Positions 60,778-64,000 of a DNA stretch of 64,000 nt are shown here, piece by piece (position 1 is the first letter of the stretch; every line of letters starts with the position of its first letter). The notes beneath the pieces were generated by a model that was given only the letters and a program-made list of their open reading frames with translations, had not been told where the DNA came from and searched no databases. The translations under genes and the position numbers were made by a program. The DNA comes from Candidatus Anderseniibacteriota bacterium (GTDB taxonomy: Bacteria > Patescibacteriota > Andersenbacteria > UBA10190): the NCBI GenBank assembly GCA_040900375.1, contig JBBDZC010000018.1:567-64566 (forward strand), written 5' to 3'.

Positions 60778-61241
60778 GATTTAAAAAGATACGCGGTAAC
60801 CAGAGCAGGAGAAAATCCGCGTGCTAATAAAAACCGTCCGAGTTTTTCTCTACTACCCGCAGTGGGGACATGAGTTTTTTGCCATTGCTGGGCCGCGCGC
60901 TCGAGCAGGTTTTTTTCCGCGGCGGCGGGGAGGGTTCCGGCCAGCGTGTCAGCAATAATCTCGGCCGCTATCCCTCGCTCTTTAAGCTTCCCGCGCAGCC
61001 AGCGAGGACCTACCGCCTTGGTCCGTAGCACGCTGACGCTATAGTCGTGAGCAAACTGCGCATCATTGAGTAATTTTTTGTTCTTTAGCCAGGCTGTCAC
61101 CGCCTCAATCTGCGCGGGGGAAAACTGCTTGCGCGCTAATTTATGGCGCATTTCCGCCTCGGAATGGTCGCGGCGGCTTAAAATAGCTTGCGCCTGATAA
61201 TAGGGATCATTATGCTGGCTGGGCGATGACATTGGCGACAT
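60774..61241 (-). CDS. recX: Regulatory protein RecX
   Basis: 'ILSRRDHSEAEMRHKL', 'LNDAQFA', 'GPRWL..KL..RGI', 'FLLARGFS'; ATG at 61241. Confidence 0.9.
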   Translation of the reverse strand: MSPMSSPSQHNDPYYQAQAILSRRDHSEAEMRHKLARKQFSPAQIEAVTAWLKNKKLLNDAQFAHDYSVSVLRTKAVGPRWLRGKLKERGIAAEIIADTLAGTLPAAAEKNLLERAAQQWQKTHVPTAGSREKLGRFLLARGFSPALVTAYLFKS

Positions 61242-61365
61242 TATGTAATCGTACTGTAACACGCTAGAATAATATTGACAGATTACTAGACACCATATTA
61301 TCTCTACCTAATATCCGTTATACTGGTGCGTGTACTCTTACATCCCTACGCTATAAATAAAGCTC

Positions 61366-63918
61366 ATGGAAAATCCTATCCAAGATAAACTTACCAGCCG
61401 CTTAAAAAACGTTTTATCAACGGCCGCCAAAGTTTCTCAAGAACTCAAGAGCCGCCGGATTGGCACGGAGCATGTTCTCTACGGCATGATGCAAGAAACA
61501 GGCTCGCTGGCGTACAGTATTTTGAAAAAGTTTGGTTTTACACCCGAGTTTATCCGGACCCAACTTGAGCAAGCGGAGAAATCAGCCGTTTGGAAGGAAG
61601 AGCTTTCCCCCCACACCCGCGCGATTTTTGAAAAAGGAGCACGGACGGCTTTTCAATACCACCATCGGTACATTGGCACCGAGCATGTGCTCTTTGGCAT
61701 GCTGACGCTCAAGGATTCAACGGCATACAAGCTTTTGGAGAAGTCGCCGGTAGACGTCAAGGCGCTTACGCAACAAGTGCAAATTGTGCTCAAGAGCACT
61801 TCCCATTTTCCTGATCTATCAAACTTCCTTGGCATGCCCGTAGCTTTGCCGCCCGCACACCAAACACCCGCTAAGAAAGGGCGGGCCCTGCCGCCTGGCC
61901 TTACTGAAGGAGGCACGGCGAGTGATCCGCGCAAGCAGAAGACGCCGGCGATTGACTACTTTACCCAAGATTTAACTGCCGCTGCCGCTGCCGGAAAATT
62001 CGATGTCATTATTGGCCGGACAAAAGAAATTGAGCGCGTCATGAGCATTTTAAATCGCAAGACGAAGAATAACCCGATCCTGATTGGCGAACCGGGGACC
62101 GGCAAGACAGCGATTGTGACGGGCTTGGCCCAGCGTATTGCCAGTGGCCAAGTGCCGCCGAAACTTCAGGGGAAGCGAATCCTATCGCTCGATATGACCA
62201 GTATTCTGGCGGGTACGACTTTCCGCGGCGAATTTGAGGAACGGGTCAAGGAACTCATGCGAGAGTTAGAAGCAAACAAGAATACGATTCTCTTTATTGA
62301 TGAGATCCATACCATTGTCGGCGCGGGCTCGGCCGGCGGCAGTCTTGATGCGGCAAATATGCTGAAGCCGGTGCTCGCGCGGGGCGAAGTGAGTATCATC
62401 GGTGCCACGACACTTGATGAATTTCGTAAGCATGTGGAGAAAGATGCCGCCCTCGAGCGGCGCTTCCAACCAGTCCAAGTTAAAGAGCCAACGCCGGCCG
62501 AGACGATTACCATCCTTGAAGGCGCGCGTGAAGCGTACGAACAACACCATGGTTTGACCGTTACCGATGAAGCCATTCAGGCAGCCGTGGAGATGAGTGT
62601 GCGTTATATTCCTGATCGCTTCTTGCCAGATAAAGCTTTTGATTTACTCGACGAGGCCGCTGCCACCTTGCAACTAAAGATTGCGGGCAGCAACGAAGCC
62701 AAGGAAGCGCATGGTCTCAAGCAAGAATTGGAAAAGTTACGTCTCAAGAAAGAAGAAGCCATTGAAGCAGAAAACTACGAGGAGGCTCTTCAGGCAAAGC
62801 GGCAAGAAGATGCCTTAACGGAAAAATTAGCTGCTTTTGCCCGGAAAGCGACGGCGGAGAACGAAGCGAAGCGTCCATCCATTACGACAGAGAATATTGC
62901 CAAAGTAGTGGCTGATGCTACGGGGGTGCCCGTAACGCGGCTGCTGAAATCAGAATCAAAGAAGCTCGCTAAGCTCGAAGACGTTTTGCGGCAGCATGTC
63001 ATTGGTCAAGAAGAAGCAATTACAGTGGTGGCGCGCTACGTCCGGCGCAGTCGAGCGGGCATCGCTCATCCCAATCGTCCGCTGGGCTCATTCATTTTCT
63101 TGGGTCCCACCGGGGTTGGTAAGACAGAAACAGCGAAGGTCTTAGCCCGGGAGGTGTTTGAAAATGCCGAGGCTCTGATTCGCGTTGATATGTCAGAGTT
63201 TATGGAGGGCCATGCAGTCTCGCGTTTGATTGGCGCTCCGGCTGGATACGTAGGCTACGAAGAGGGCGGCAAATTAACGGAAAAGATACGGCGTCAGCCT
63301 TACTCGATTGTGCTCTTTGACGAGATCGAAAAGGCCCATCGCGACATTACTAACATTCTGCTGCAGATCTTAGACGAAGGGCAGCTGACTGATGCGCATG
63401 GCCGCACAGTCAACTTTAGGAATACCATTATTATCATGACGAGCAATATTGGTTCTGCCCAACTGGCCCAGCAAGCGCGCATGGGCTTTGCGCTCCCCGA
63501 GGAGAGCATCGCGCGCGAAGCGGCGGAGCAGCGGTACGAGGAAATGAAGGAGACGGTATTGCATGAACTCTCGGATCACATGGCCCCGGAACTGTTGGGG
63601 AGAATTGACCAAGTGGTGGTGTTCGCTCCCCTGTCGCGAAATGATCTCTTGCGCATTACTGATCTCCATGTCCGCGAACTGCAGGAACGGTTAAATATCA
63701 AACATATTAAGCTCGACGTTTCCAAGGGCGTGCGGGAGGAAATCGCTGATAAAGCGTTTGCCGTGGGCAAGGGCGCCCGGCCGATTCGGCAGATTGTCCA
63801 GGAACTCTTAGAAGATCCAATCGCTCATTCGGTGATCAGCGAAGAACTGGCCGAGGGGCAAGCTATACGCGCGAGCAAGACCGGCGGAAAAATAAAAGTT
63901 ATCCCCGGAAAAAAATAA
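61366..63918 (+). CDS. clpC: ATP-dependent Clp protease ATP-binding subunit ClpC
   Basis: Two Clp_N repeats (TEHVL), 'GEPGTGKT', 'FIDEIH', UVR coiled coil, 'GPTGVGKT', 'FDEIEKAH'. Confidence 0.95.
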   Translation: MENPIQDKLTSRLKNVLSTAAKVSQELKSRRIGTEHVLYGMMQETGSLAYSILKKFGFTPEFIRTQLEQAEKSAVWKEELSPHTRAIFEKGARTAFQYHHRYIGTEHVLFGMLTLKDSTAYKLLEKSPVDVKALTQQVQIVLKSTSHFPDLSNFLGMPVALPPAHQTPAKKGRALPPGLTEGGTASDPRKQKTPAIDYFTQDLTAAAAAGKFDVIIGRTKEIERVMSILNRKTKNNPILIGEPGTGKTAIVTGLAQRIASGQVPPKLQGKRILSLDMTSILAGTTFRGEFEERVKELMRELEANKNTILFIDEIHTIVGAGSAGGSLDAANMLKPVLARGEVSIIGATTLDEFRKHVEKDAALERRFQPVQVKEPTPAETITILEGAREAYEQHHGLTVTDEAIQAAVEMSVRYIPDRFLPDKAFDLLDEAAATLQLKIAGSNEAKEAHGLKQELEKLRLKKEEAIEAENYEEALQAKRQEDALTEKLAAFARKATAENEAKRPSITTENIAKVVADATGVPVTRLLKSESKKLAKLEDVLRQHVIGQEEAITVVARYVRRSRAGIAHPNRPLGSFIFLGPTGVGKTETAKVLAREVFENAEALIRVDMSEFMEGHAVSRLIGAPAGYVGYEEGGKLTEKIRRQPYSIVLFDEIEKAHRDITNILLQILDEGQLTDAHGRTVNFRNTIIIMTSNIGSAQLAQQARMGFALPEESIAREAAEQRYEEMKETVLHELSDHMAPELLGRIDQVVVFAPLSRNDLLRITDLHVRELQERLNIKHIKLDVSKGVREEIADKAFAVGKGARPIRQIVQELLEDPIAHSVISEELAEGQAIRASKTGGKIKVIPGKK

Positions 63919-64000
63919 GGAGGAGCAAGCGTTGCTCTACTCGTTGGCCACAGCTCTCGGTGATATTCTGGCCCCACCCCGCTGCCTGGGGTGCCTGCGA

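Overview
Gene-dense chromosomal segment that most resembles a Patescibacteria (CPR, Parcubacteria-like) genome using genetic code 11 (TGA acts as a stop in dnaE, thrS and thyX); the lineage call is inference from gene content. From left to right: a secreted G8-domain/beta-helix protein running off the left edge (missed by the ORF track); a 3132-aa modular surface protein (two 6-bladed NHL propellers, beta-helical repeats, FN3/Ig domains, C-terminal SH3); dnaE; an orphan baseplate-J-like membrane protein with two tandem 136-bp inverted-repeat elements directly upstream of its start codon; thrS, pduO-type adenosyltransferase, miaA, gatB; a thymidylate/one-carbon cluster (folC, thyX, glyA, dcd, dut, nucleoside deoxyribosyltransferase-like, two tmk paralogs, one lacking the P-loop Lys); rplA-rplK-nusG-secE, gyrB, pheT-pheS; a three-tRNA island rich in palindromes with a candidate structured ncRNA; gpmI, gatAC, ligA; a secretin-less type IV pilus locus containing a GT-C glycosyltransferase; lemA-htpX, recX, clpC. 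No CRISPR array, rRNA, transposase or prophage was found. All calls come from reading motifs by eye, without database searches.
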